From NCBI GenBank assembly GCA_976226885.1, contig OZ320317.1, positions 80,042,001 through 80,106,000 on the forward strand: DNA of 64,000 nucleotides, written 5' to 3'. Positions 45,001 to 57,063 of the stretch are shown piece by piece. Position 1 is the stretch's first letter, and the number at the start of each line of letters is the position of its first letter. Source of the DNA: Iphione sp. A-MEVVRFRX5 (lineage: Eukaryota). A program made the translations under genes and the position numbers. The notes under the pieces were generated by a model that ran no database searches, was not told the origin of the DNA, and saw nothing but the letters and a program-made list of their open reading frames with translations.

Positions 45001-47355
45001 GGAAAAAGACCAACTCCCTGGAAGCATGTCTTGTACTTAGACAATAGATCTGCCTTAGCATCACCACTCTTTCCAAAAACTGTTGAAGACTTTACCTCAG
45101 AGATGTCACTCTTCTGATGACAGTCTGCACAGCTGGACATGTCTGTACAGTTCAAAGTCATGAGTTGCAAATCAAGACAGGTATTGAGACTCAGCATTGT
45201 CTTGCCATAGTCCTCAGTGATGTAGAATTGAAGTGATCATACTACATTCCTATGCATGCAAGTGATCTTCTTTGAGCCATATAGCTTGATATGGTTGTCT
45301 CCATATGCTGTCAGCTGGACAGAACACTGTTGCAGGCCTGTAGGTATCCCTTTCTTGTTTATCTGGGAAGGAAACAGTAGTCGGAAAACACGTAGCGGCA
45401 TGACGTTCACTTCTGCACCACTATCAATCTTGCAACGAACAAACCTGTCTTTGTCACTGCCGGTCATCTTTATGTTGGCATAGGCTTGTGTTGATGTCTT
45501 GACTGCATGAAGATGTCTGGTCTCAAGTGAGTCTAAAACAAAGGTGTCATCAGCTTCAGCCTGGTTGTCATCAGTACTGTCATCTTCAAGCTGATGAACT
45601 TTCTTTTTCTTGTATTGCTTCTTGAACTTCTGTGGTGTTGGTGTCCTGTCTTTGTCATCTTTCTTCTTCTTGAAGCAAACTTTGGTCCTGTGTCCTTGCT
45701 TCTTACAATAACTACAGTATTCATTAGCAGCAGGACAAGCATCATTCCTGTCATGCTGTTCACCACAGTTGTAACAGCAGGAATTCTTGCTCTTGACCTT
45801 GGGAGTATACCTTGACTTGTGTCGTACTGCTTGGACAGTCTTGGTTCCCTGTATGTCATTCATCTGACGCTGTGTGCCCTCATATGCACGTATAATCTGT
45901 AGGGCATCATCCAGGGTCAGGGTGTTGTCTTTGGCAATCAGCTTACAGCGAATGTCATCATTGTGCAGGCCAGCAATGAGGGTGTCAAGTAGTTGTTCAT
46001 CCTTGTCTGCATACTCACATTCAGCAGCAATAAGTTTTGCCCTTGTCATAAAAGCATCAACTGTCTCTGACTCTTCTTGTTTCAGTGCACGTAAGCGAAA
46101 TCTAGCTACCCTAAAGCTAGACTTAGGTTTAGCATAATTTTGAAAGTTTTGCCAGTGTATGTCAAGTTGTTTCTTCTGGTCATTGGACAGTCCCCAGCCA
46201 TCACGGATGTCACGTCCTGTCTCACCAACCCACAGCATAAGGTACTGCACCTTGATGGCTTCATCCTTGACTGCTAGTGGTCCCTCAAAGATAAATTCAC
46301 ATGTCCGTCTGAACTTGCGTAATGCTTCAGGCAAGTTTGTAGAATTCCAGTCAATGGATGGAATTGGAACACCAGTCAGTTCAGCCATGTTGCAAAGTGG
46401 TGTGCTGTTCAGTGCTAGGTTAAGTAAACTAGAGAGGAGAGGTTGCTAGCATGTCACTCTCAATCAGTGAATCTTTACCATTCACTTCCCTAATTAGCAC
46501 ATATGACAGCAGCAGAAATTGTGGATAATATTGTCACACATATAACACAATGGCAAGAATGCAGCAGTGAATATAACCTCAAGAGTGATATGGTGTAGTC
46601 CACAGTATACAGAAATATCATGCATATTCATACACAATACTCTGCATGCAACACACAGTAGTAAACAGGTTGAAATTCACATAGCATATAATATACAAAG
46701 CAGGCTGCATAAAGAATACTCAAGTTTGTCTGGCTTATGTAGTACAAGATACACAAAAATGTATACACTAGTAATAAACCTGTTACAGTGGAAAATCACC
46801 AGAAATGTTGTCAAGTGAGTATACTCAATATAGGACTGTAGGCTTTTAAATGTCACTATGTCTCACTCTCAATGTCAGTGTTGACAGTTTCAACCTATAT
46901 GTCAGCAGATCAAAACAAGATAAGAGTAGATGTCCTATAGGTACCTTGAAATGTTCATACAGGTGTCACAAGACTAAAATGTTCATGTACTTGCCACTGT
47001 TGTTGAGGTTTATCCTTGCAACATGTCACAAACTTAGTCCTCCTAGTGCACAGTTAAGATGGCTGCCATGTGGTTTTGGTGGTTGACAGGGTGTCCAGTT
47101 TAAAATTGACCTCCAGAAGTGTAATTCCTTGTATGTCCTCCTTTTAGTGAGTCCTGTGTGTTCTTGATCCCTTATTCTGACACCATGTTGTATTTGAAAG
47201 ATGGATGGTTACTTTATCATGTAGATTTATGATGATATAAATCAGGAGTAACTCAAGCCATGTGTGTGAGGAGTTCAGAAAACAGGAAGTAGTTTTATTT
47301 CTTAGTTACTTGGTTTGACACAGGTGGCAGCAGTGTGTAAGTAAATACATATCAT

Positions 47356-47359
<4 letters not shown>
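42045..47359 (-). mobile_element. Full-length Ty3/Gypsy LTR retrotransposon (Mag-like)
   Basis: 174-bp LTRs 42045-42218 and 47186-47359 (TG...CA, 3 differences); TSD GAGAG; PBS TGGTGTCAGAATAAGGGATC at 47166-47185 (tRNA-Leu-like); PPT AAAGGAGGGAGA at 42219-42230; order gag-PR-RT-RH-IN. Confidence 0.97.
42363..46388 (-). CDS. Gag-Pol polyprotein, one frame of 1342 codons interrupted by a single TGA at 45237-45239
   Basis: Two Zn knuckles (CYNCGEQH..., CSYCKKQGHRTKVC), protease IDSGAEVN, RT LPFGL and IADDIV, RNase H TDAS..GLGA, integrase H..HQG..KC...C..C, SDNAKQY and NGKAERFV. Confidence 0.93.
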
Positions 47360-47405
<46 letters not shown>

Positions 47406-47897
47406 CACTTGCAATTCTTGAGAGCTACCTCAGCTTGCATGGTGGCTTGATGGATTGTTTGCCTTTGCCGTTGATGTCAAAAAATCGGAGAGCTTGGCTT
47501 ACCTAGTTTTATTAAGGAAACTTTCAGCAAGATACTAAAAACTACGGGGTACCACGAATATTAAATTTTGTTTATCACCTATGTAAGCCATCAAACATCA
47601 TGAGTCATATAGGCATAAATATTATCAATAACCTTATAGTCCAAACATTCTTATGAAATTACATGCCTATTTTTTGTCACAGTCCTGCTCCATATAATTA
47701 TCTAAATACATTGACAAAAAACGTGACCCGAGGCCTCAAACTCTACAGAGACACTCATCGTTCTTACAAAGAGGTTTTCATTATCTATTGATTCGTTCAT
47801 ACAGATATATGTAACTCCAGTAGGGTGCATGAAGCTACCAAAATTTGAAGTGATTTATATTGTAAGTGTGTTTCAGTCTGTGGGAGCTGGATCTAGA

Positions 47898-47911
47898 TTG
47901 CCCCCTGGTGG
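47898..47911 (-). promoter_or_regulatory. CTCF-like core motif
   Basis: Minus strand CCACCAGGGGGCAA, 13/14 to CCASYAGRKGGCRS. Motif match only. Confidence 0.4.
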
Positions 47912-48902
47912 ACATTGCAGAAGGTTTTGTCTACTCCTGGAGCCTGTCGGTATGTCTAAACCAAAACACAGTCCCAGCTGCCTTCCAAGGCCAAATACTT
48001 TTCCTGCTCATTAAGATAAAAAGGGAGCTGAGGGGGCTCATCACCTGCTAGGTGACGTATAGTCACTGGGAAGATGTAATGCTTGGAACGTCGTAATATC
48101 AGGAGCATCCCTTGTAGCGAAAGGGTACTCAGGTTAAAGGTCAGTGTGAAGCAACGAATCATTAAGAGACAATCATACAGCGGCGAAACAACCGAAGGAG
48201 TCAGGGAGGAGGAAACCTGCTGTATTGGAAAGACCAAAGTGTTGCTTAAGCTATGCTGAGGTATGGGAAGTACCTGCATAGTCTTCCTTAGTTACGCTGT
48301 CTACATCTTCAAGGAAAGATATCAGCACACAAGGTTCCTATATTCGCGTGTTTTGCAAGATGTTCATTGGATTAATTTGACACCGGTTTCTTTTAAGGCT
48401 CTCTCCATCCACTTTTCAATGAAAATACTAAACAGAGCTTCTCTCAACATATCTTCTGTGTAGTTTATCCTCATTACAGTTTTGAACAGGCGGTTTTGGT
48501 GCCTCAAAAATATGTCTTGGTCGTGGAGGCATTTGATTTAAAGCTGACAGTACTCAACATTTTTGATGACTTCTATGTGAGATTGCTATGTTGGAGATAC
48601 TACTAAATGGCTGACAGAATTATGGAATTGAATGTTGTATCAAAAACTGTCAATTCAAAACCAGAAATTTGAATGCAAGAATTTGCCTCTGATACCAAAT
48701 TCTATTAATGTGCAACTTCTAATACACGTGCAAATGTACCTATTATAATACCTTTTGGGATTTGCATTGCCGAAACTTTGATTTAGTTTAGCAGGCACAC
48801 AACTTTGAACTTTAGACAAAAGCATATCAATTAGGGGTTTCGGGTCAGAATAATCTATTTGGTGTCTGGTTAAAAATAGTCACATCACATGTGAGATACA
48901 TT

Positions 48903-49088
48903 TACATTGGAAACAGTTTAAGACGAGCCCACAGAGATGAGCAACCTACGATAAAGACCAAAACTCAGACTCACAAAACCTGTAAATTTCATTACACAGG
49001 TATTACCAAGCCCCTAAGGATACTCATCTAATGGTGAGACCAAAACTAGCCAGGCCAAAGTTTGCTTTCTTTTAATAGTTTCTACTGT
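48903..49088. mobile_element. Degenerate MITE of the same CAGT-ended class
   Basis: tacattggaaacag ... aatagtttctactgtg resembles the ends of 56885-57063. Confidence 0.4.
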
Positions 49089-50375
49089 GCAGGCATAGAT
49101 AAAAAGAGACGGTGCTGTAGGCTAGTTTATTGGAGTACAAAATCTTTTTTGTTGTTCTAATGAGAATGTCTCAGAATAAGCTGTTCTTCAGAGCTGGCCT
49201 CGGGCTAATCCATACCGTTGATGTCCTGTTTTGCTTTTTCCTGATAGATATTTATTTCTTCACAAAGGGAAATACAGCATTATTAAAGCATCTGTCGCGA
49301 CCTCATCTCTGGTATAACAGTACCAAGTTCAGGAGAGTAAAGGTGTCTGATGTGACAGAAAGATTCCCCGAGTGTTTACCACTTGAACAGAATCGGATAG
49401 TCTTGATGCACTTATGAAGGGTAATGTTTCACTGATTGTGTGACCATATAGCACTATTGTGACCACAATGTAGGGGTCCTCATGTGTGCTCGATGTGAAT
49501 GTCTATGTGACTGTGCGGACAAGACACCCACACAGGTCCGACCAACACCTCACCAGATACCTTGCTGAGTACGGCCACCAGAACAATAGAGATCGGGAGG
49601 TGACAAAAGAGAAGACAGACATATGTGAGGAAACACGTTACCAGGTATCTAACCTGATTGACGGAGGAGGCCTTTCGTATGGCTACAAGCCTACATATCA
49701 CCGTGTTTGCAATCTGATTGTTTAGAAGTTCCGCCTGGTCACTGGCGCTGCATTGTATCATCTAGGTGAGTAGTTCGTCACATAACATGTACATAGTGAG
49801 CAGCTCGTGAAGCGAATCTCTAAAGAAATATAGTTTATACTTAGCTGGGTGTCTGAAAATGTGCTGAACCTGAAGCTTAATCTATGAGTAGGAATGTCTG
49901 ACTATTGCGTTCTGGCCACATAGATGATTTTCCTTGTCAGTGGAAGGAAAAAATGCTGGTGTCTACAGAATACATAATGCACTATGAGAATGTGTCAAGA
50001 TGATGATTTGTATACGGTGGATGTGACACAGCACAATCGAATCAGGTAAAAATGTCACTTAAAATTATTTTCTGCCATGCTAACAATGAAATCAGTTCGA
50101 TACACTGTCATAGTAGTCTATTTTCCTTTCGTAGTGAACATTATTTCACATTTAGAGGGATGTAGTATTGTTCACACCTCACACTTACTCACTGTAGCAA
50201 ACTTAACATCGTGGTGGCCTTTTACATATATTCACAGCGGCTAGAGTGGATTTCAGTCAATATATCCACATGTATGATGATTCTTTTCATGTATTACAAA
50301 CATAAGCCCCCCCCCTTAAGTGCACCATTTGTTTACCATCAGCTGATCTTAGGCGTGTGTGTCAGTAGAATTAGC

Positions 50376-52120
50376 GTTCGTTGTACGGGTTTAGTGGCCC
50401 CGGAGGGGCCACAGGGCGCTTCGCCAATAGGCAGCACAATTGCAGGTTTGTGTCAGGCTTCTGTCCTGGGTGTCGTGGTTTCTTTGGTTTCTCTGGTGTT
50501 GTCAGGTGTGCTCACGTACACGCACTCGTCGCTGTCTGTTTGGGGTGGGTTTTGTTTCTGTTTGTGTCTGGGTGCGTCCTATGCAACTGGTTGAAGAGTA
50601 GTATTGTTCTGCTGGTGTAGAGAGGGTGGTTAGAGGAGTTGCTTTGTAGGGGGAAACCCGGTCCACACAATGTCGGGGCTGGACGTCCCACTTATGTGTG
50701 CCACAGCCGTTTGTTCGCCCTGTCCTGTTGGGACGTTTGTGGGGTGGCCTGGACACCTCTGTCGAGGTGCGCATCAGGTTTTCCTACAAGGGAGGTGCCT
50801 GAGGGGGCCCGGCTCATGCAATGTAGGGGCTGGACGCCCCACTTATGCATGCCACTGCTGTTGTTCATCTCTCGCCCCCATGAGGATCCACGCGTCAGTG
50901 GCGGGCTTCACCTCTGGGTGGCTGAGGCAGCCTGGACTTCCTGGGGGAAGTGCTACGGGTGACCCTCAGGCCCTAGGAGAGAGGGGGTAAGGCAATAGAG
51001 AGTTGCAAGGAGGTATCTGTTTTAGGAGTTGTGTTGGTACTGTGTTGCCCTGGTAGAGGACAGTGAGCAGAGGGATAGGAAGGATTGCTGGAGTCTGAGG
51101 AAAGATGCGTAGTAGGAAAAAGGTTGTGAGTTTGGACCAGATCTGACTTTCGGAAGGGCTGCATTTGTTTACTTGCCCATTTCTGGTCCTGGATGGATGT
51201 TCTGATCCTCCTGGTTCGGGTGCACCACGGTCTTGGTTTGGTTGAGTTGCGGCTTGTACCAGGTGGTGTCCTCTGGTTTAGATCTTTGAAACTTTCGGAA
51301 GGGGGGGGGCTGATGTTTCCCCCTGTTCGTTGGAGGCTGGTGTTCAGCCACCTTTGCCGCTTTGAGAAAAAAAAAAGAAAAAAAAAAGAAAAAAAAAAAA
51401 AAGGGGGGGGGAGGACCCCGGTGCAGTTCAGTCACATGGGCAGACCACATCGGGATAGTAGTTTGATAGGTAGGCCACGCTCCATTTTGTAGGACAGACT
51501 GCGGCCCTCCTTACTGTTTTCTTTGCTGTTTTTCCGATTGTGGCCACAGTAGCTGTTGTTCTGTGTTAGTCACTGTCTTTGAGGCAATGTTGTGGGGTGG
51601 ATTGGGATATACTGTGGTGTGTGAGAGAGGGCTGTCCAGGGAGGCAGTTCAGTCAGGCGGGCAGACTGCCTTGCTGGGAGAACTCTTGAGGTATTATGGC
51701 GTGGTGTTGGTTGCTTGGGATCGGTTGTGTTGGCCTTCAATGTGTATTCTGTTGGCCTCATAGAAGTCAGCCAATGCACTTAGACCTTGGAGGCCATCTT
51801 CTTGTGTGTTTTTGATGATGTCGACTGCTAGGTCTGGTGTGGAGTAGTGTATGCAGTCTTCTTCGGTGGCGTATTTTGTGATCATGTTATACCTCATGTT
51901 GCGGCTTTCTGACATGATGTGTGGGACTGAGAATTCTGCGCCGCAGGTGCAAGGTTGGTATTCAGGTATGTCAATGTATCTTCTGTAGCCAAGTTTTAGT
52001 CTGTGTATTGTTGATTGTATTCTTCTTGGGATATTTTCCTGTGGTGGTGGGCATGTTTTGATGAGGAGGCGGTGCCATTCCCAGCTCCTTGAGTTGTTTG
52101 TTTCTTTGAGGGAGTCTCTC
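50376..52120 (-). mobile_element. 5'-truncated non-LTR retrotransposon (I/R1/Ingi-type C-terminus) with a 1.3-kb 3' region
   Basis: 13-bp TSD CAGTAGAATTAGC at 50363-50375 and 52121-52133. Frame open from 52120 to the stop at 51694-51696: IHRLKLGY...QPCTCGAEFSVPHIMSES (CCHC knuckle, last Cys replaced by Ser). 3' end has a GTGGCCCC-TCC-GGGGCCAC hairpin, then TAAACCCGTACAACGAAC. Confidence 0.85.
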
Positions 52121-55100
52121 CAGTAGAATTAGCATCGATACATCAATTTTATAATAACAATGTGGTTATTGTAAGAGTGGTTGTGTAGCCTGTGTTCCAT
52201 GTGTGCCTTAGCATTAGTGCATCTGCGTGCCGGTCGGAGGAAATGAATAGCATTTTTGTGAAAAAACCGATGCAGCAATGCACAATACACCAATGCACTG
52301 ACACTGACGTGTCTATGGAACATACACCTTGTCTAATGCATTTTTTTCAGGCTTACTTGAGGACTTGCATGTATACGACAGCCTATCTACTCGTAAGATA
52401 ATGGTGTACTCCAGTTGAACTGTAATGAATTACCTCCTTCATGACTCACACACCATACACCCTTCACCATCTATCCACATCATGTTCCTCTCGACAATCC
52501 TGCCAGCATTTGTTAGCCTTACTTAAACTCCATCTCATGCGTACTCTCCTAAAGTCTTAGATTAACACCTAGTTTCCGTTGCCTCTGTTTCTAATGTATT
52601 TTGTGGACAGGTTGAAAACGTCTCATATGTTACTGTTTAACGTTGCCTCTTTATCATTCCTGGCGACCGATTCTCCGACCATCAATCTCCAGAAGAGCAA
52701 CGGAGCGACTTTCACACGTCCCCTACCACTAAATTATCCGCGGCCACTCGTAGCCACATAACCTACGCTTCTTTACGTTAGGCTGGAGAGTGAAGACCAA
52801 CCTCACGCCCCTTAGATTAGAGCAAATTAGATAGGCACCAGATGACTGATTGCCCAGGACTGGGCCGGATTGTAAGTCTGTAATAAAGCAGGATTAGGTA
52901 ACAAATCAAAGAAACAGAAATGCATGTAGCCAGATGGGTAGCCTGTAATAAGACAGAGTTGATTACTAATAGTCAGGAGTTGAGGTGAGGATAAGGTTGT
53001 TTGACGTTTTTGAGAATCCCATTTACTTGACCTTTTGTGTCTCATAATCATGCTCCTGACCTGCTTATGAAGCTGCTAATATTGTACCATCCAAAAGTTC
53101 AATGATTCAACCTTGGGCTTTGTTATGATTCTGGTAGATGTATTTTGTTATGATTCTGGTAGATGTATATTTGGGGAAAAGAATATCTAATGTACAGTAG
53201 ACTCGATGCTAATGCAAACTTGTCCACAAGGAGATCTTATTAAGGGAAACACACATTTTAAAGGATTTATAAGCTTAGAAAAATGCTGTATATCTATAAA
53301 TACAGTAATTTGGAGGACTACAGAGCAATATGAGAAGAATTGCAGTGTTTCTGAGTACAAAGTTCTCAAGCATTCATTTAAGTCCTGAAGGAAGGTCCAC
53401 ACAGATATCAAGTTCCAAGTATGAGTACCAGTCCAAGTATTCCTTTAATTCAGGTTTCTTGCTCTTTTATATGCTTATTTCAAGGTATTATGCTCTTGTT
53501 CTTTTATATGCTTATTTCAAGGTATTATGCAAGACAGTGCATAACTCTACATGTCCGACATCAGTTGATTGCTCAACATATGAGATGGCATCAGTCTGAG
53601 GCACAATACACAGATAGCATGTTTTGCAACGAAACTATTCCAGAAGGCGGTTTGTGCAGCACATTTCTATACAGAAGATGGAATGGTATTGGCCGAGCTG
53701 AAATACTAAATTACACTAATACCAAAAAGTTTGTTAACTATTATTTCATTATGATCATAAGTTGCACTCATCACACTATTTTGCTAACACATCATTATAA
53801 CAAGAGTACGAATAATTCAAGCCAACATTTGTCTACAACAGTATATGTAGAAGTACCTAGACAATAGTAGAAAGCCAGTGCTATGAGAAAGACTCTAACG
53901 ACTGTGATGGCACAACAGGTATTAGATTGATGACTATCTTCATAGAAGTCAGCAGAGATTAAGGAGTAAACGGGTTTAGAGAATATGCGATGCAGTCATT
54001 CAACAAGGAAACCTTTAATGATAAGCATGTACTATATGGACAAAATATATATTTCAGAAGGTTTAAAATTAGTGGTACAGATTTGGGGATAATATGATTG
54101 TAATATGGAACGACCCTAATATATATAAGGGTCATTCCATATTATATATAAATATATATAATATATATACTAAATAACATTTTGTAAAGAGAAGGAGATT
54201 AAATACAGATTCACTTAGGGGCATCTCTGTCCTTCCCTTAGCAAATATTGAAGGTCCCGTTCAATTTTGTTTGGGTGGGGGAGGGCGTAGATTACAAAGT
54301 CTAAACAATATGGTGTTAGAGGTGCACATTCATCAGTCTTGAGAGTATTACTCATGGTCTATCAAATGGCTAAATATACCAATAAATGGGCTCATTTTGA
54401 TCATGTATAAGGGTAACTAGTTTAAGAAAGGCCATGGGTTAATAAACTGTCTTGATGTCCGTATATGGTGGTCTACTCCAACTAACGGCATACAGGGCCA
54501 CTTGTAAAAATTCCCAAAGTAAAATATTCCCTATTCAAACTGGTTTGACTACATTTACTTACAAGAATATCAGTTGGAACTATAATGGCGGGTTAATACT
54601 TGTAGTGTTGAACTGCAGAAATTTTTTGATTTTTGATTCTTCTATTACTCAACTTGTTCTTCACCTTGCACAATGTTCCGTAAAGAGGGCATATTTTCAA
54701 CGCTACCCAGATATATTCCCATTGCTTGTCATCCTCGTGCTCAGTCTCTAGCCATTCCCAAATCTGTCCTTTTCTATTTCTGTGTCCTCACTTTACCTTC
54801 TTATATCGTATCATTCCACTATACCGCTCACCTTTGAGCTTAATCATGTAATAGAGCACAATTAAGGAAACTGCTGCATATTACCCTTAGGCTCTCGCAA
54901 ATGGGTTTCACTGATGTGGTAGTCGAAATGATCCTCTCAGCAAGATATCCTCTTCATCAATCATACATACTAACAATGGGCACGCGTTGAGTAGATCTAC
55001 ATATAACGAGGGCTCTTGCACCCTGGGTTATATTTTTGAAGTCCCAATGCGGGATAAATCTATTCTTCTGACCTGTATCAAAGTTAAATTTTTGTGGACT

Positions 55101-56884
55101 GTATGCAACACTCAACAGAGGTAAATTACATGTATATTGAAGGTTTTGTTACTGAAATCATTTTATAAACCCTCTCCGTCATGGTCGAATTCATTTTCTC
55201 TGGCTAAAGGAAGGCCATGAAGTGATTATCCATTAGTGGGGACTTACTTTTTAGATTCCAGACAGGTGAGTGAAGTGTACAGGACTTACAGAACCTGTTA
55301 CGCTTTCTGACACGTCCTGATAAGAAGCCGGAATAAATGAACATTTAATATGTTTGTTCAGTTCCACTCAAATCGCTGCCAGATAGCAAGTATGTGTGGT
55401 AACAAGTGCCTGGTACGCTTGTGCCTAAAATGCCTCTTAGGGAAAAGAGTGAATTGAACGAAAAAGTGGCACTCTACCCCTTCCCACAAAGATTGAAAAA
55501 CAAAAAACACCACACACACAAAGAGGCTGGTGCGCGGCCAAATTTCGGTACAGTTTCAACAGGAGTCCCACAGAGCGATAATGCAAACACACTTGCAAGT
55601 ACGTTCGTCTTCTTATGGTGGAGTTAAAACATCAACCGCTTCTAGTAGAATGGGCAAATTTGCCACATGCTGGTACTATTAAAAGTTCAGCTGCTTTGCA
55701 GTTGTATCAATGCCTTTACTTCCGAGATAAAAGAGAGCACTGGAAATGAGGTTACTGTGAAACTTGGGATTAGGAAATATTAAATACACGTATACTGATT
55801 TCAAATGCCACTAAAGATTCAGTAATGAATCATTATATATGTATGTAAATTATGTCCGTACGAAAGGTCCGGGTTTATATGAATTACTCTAAAATTGTGG
55901 CTTAACGCACTCAAATGGACTTTACAAGTACTTCTTCTTATGTATTCTGTTGACTCATGATAAATTGAAACTTTTAAGCTGAAAAATCCTTAGTGCAGCA
56001 AACAATACTTAGGCTTTTTATGATTGAACAAGTCAAACATAATTTCACTACTTACCCAGCAACCATTTCAGTATAATTCTGCTTCGTGTTAAAAAAAGTT
56101 ATCAGTTGTGCTTTAATTCAGGAGTCCTTCCATTTGTTGAAATAGCAATCCAACCTGGTTGTTTTGTTAATCCTGTCTGACATTTGTATCCTATTTCAAA
56201 TCGTGGCTGCTCTTGTTTGTGCCCGACGACACGTTGTTGAAATGAGTCACTTCAGGGAGGTTCAAGGATACCTGAAATGATCATTCGAAGGAAGAGACAA
56301 CTCCCACAGTTGTAAATATCTTCCATAGTCAATGAGTCAAAACCAAGACCTGAGGTGTGTAGCCTGTATTCATGGACAGAGAACACCCGATGACAGAGAC
56401 CGTCTAGTTACACTGGGTAGTCCCTCGAATTCCCACTTTCACAACAGCATGGAACACGATCTAGGTGTAGGCAAATCCGATTATAATCTCAAGAGCACAT
56501 GGAAATAAACAAGACTTATTTGTTCTTTAAGCTGTTTATGATATGCACTCAGATGAAGTCGGGAGAGAGACGTGTTCTCGAACGATTATAAGAAGAACCT
56601 ATCATCACATGCCAACCGTCCGGTGGTCATCCATTGTATATGCTTCTAATGGAGGACCACCTTAGTTACGTAGGAGGGACTTTCCATGTTGTTTGTGTCC
56701 ATAGTACACAACAATATTGGTCGGCCTTTCGGGAAAAAAAAACGATCACCAGTAGAGGCTAGTAACGTATCTCCCTATGTGGTGAAAGGAAGCGTTGCTA
56801 GCTTCAGGCTAAGTGGGACGTCAGGAACTTGGGAGTACATTGTATACTAATGGTTGATGGGGTTTTCTCAGTATAAAACAAGTA

Positions 56885-57063
56885 CAGGAGAAACTCTATT
56901 TTCAGACCACTGCAATCTGTGCCCAAATTCAATATCAGACCATTTTAACTGGGAACAGAAGTATTGATTTCTATAATTAACAATTATCGATTTCTGACCA
57001 AACTCAGTAATCAGACCACTTTTGGTGAGACCCAAAGGGAGGTTGTAAATAGGGTTTCGACTG
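56885..57063. mobile_element. 179-bp TA-flanked MITE
   Basis: TA|caggagaaactctatt ... aatagggtttcgactg|TA. Confidence 0.65.

Noticed and set aside
45237-45245. Programmed stop-codon read-through in the Gypsy element
   Set aside because: The stop lies inside the protease, and its context TGA-TCA-CTT does not match the CUAG or CARYYA read-through signals.
49470-49770. Two overlapping ORFs with possible splice donors and faint LINE-like words
   Set aside because: No diagnostic motif and no partner exons found.
50664-50700. Twister ribozyme resemblance (UAA...GUCC-AGCCC on the minus strand)
   Set aside because: Too short for P2/P4, and no GAGGG-type partner for the pseudoknots.
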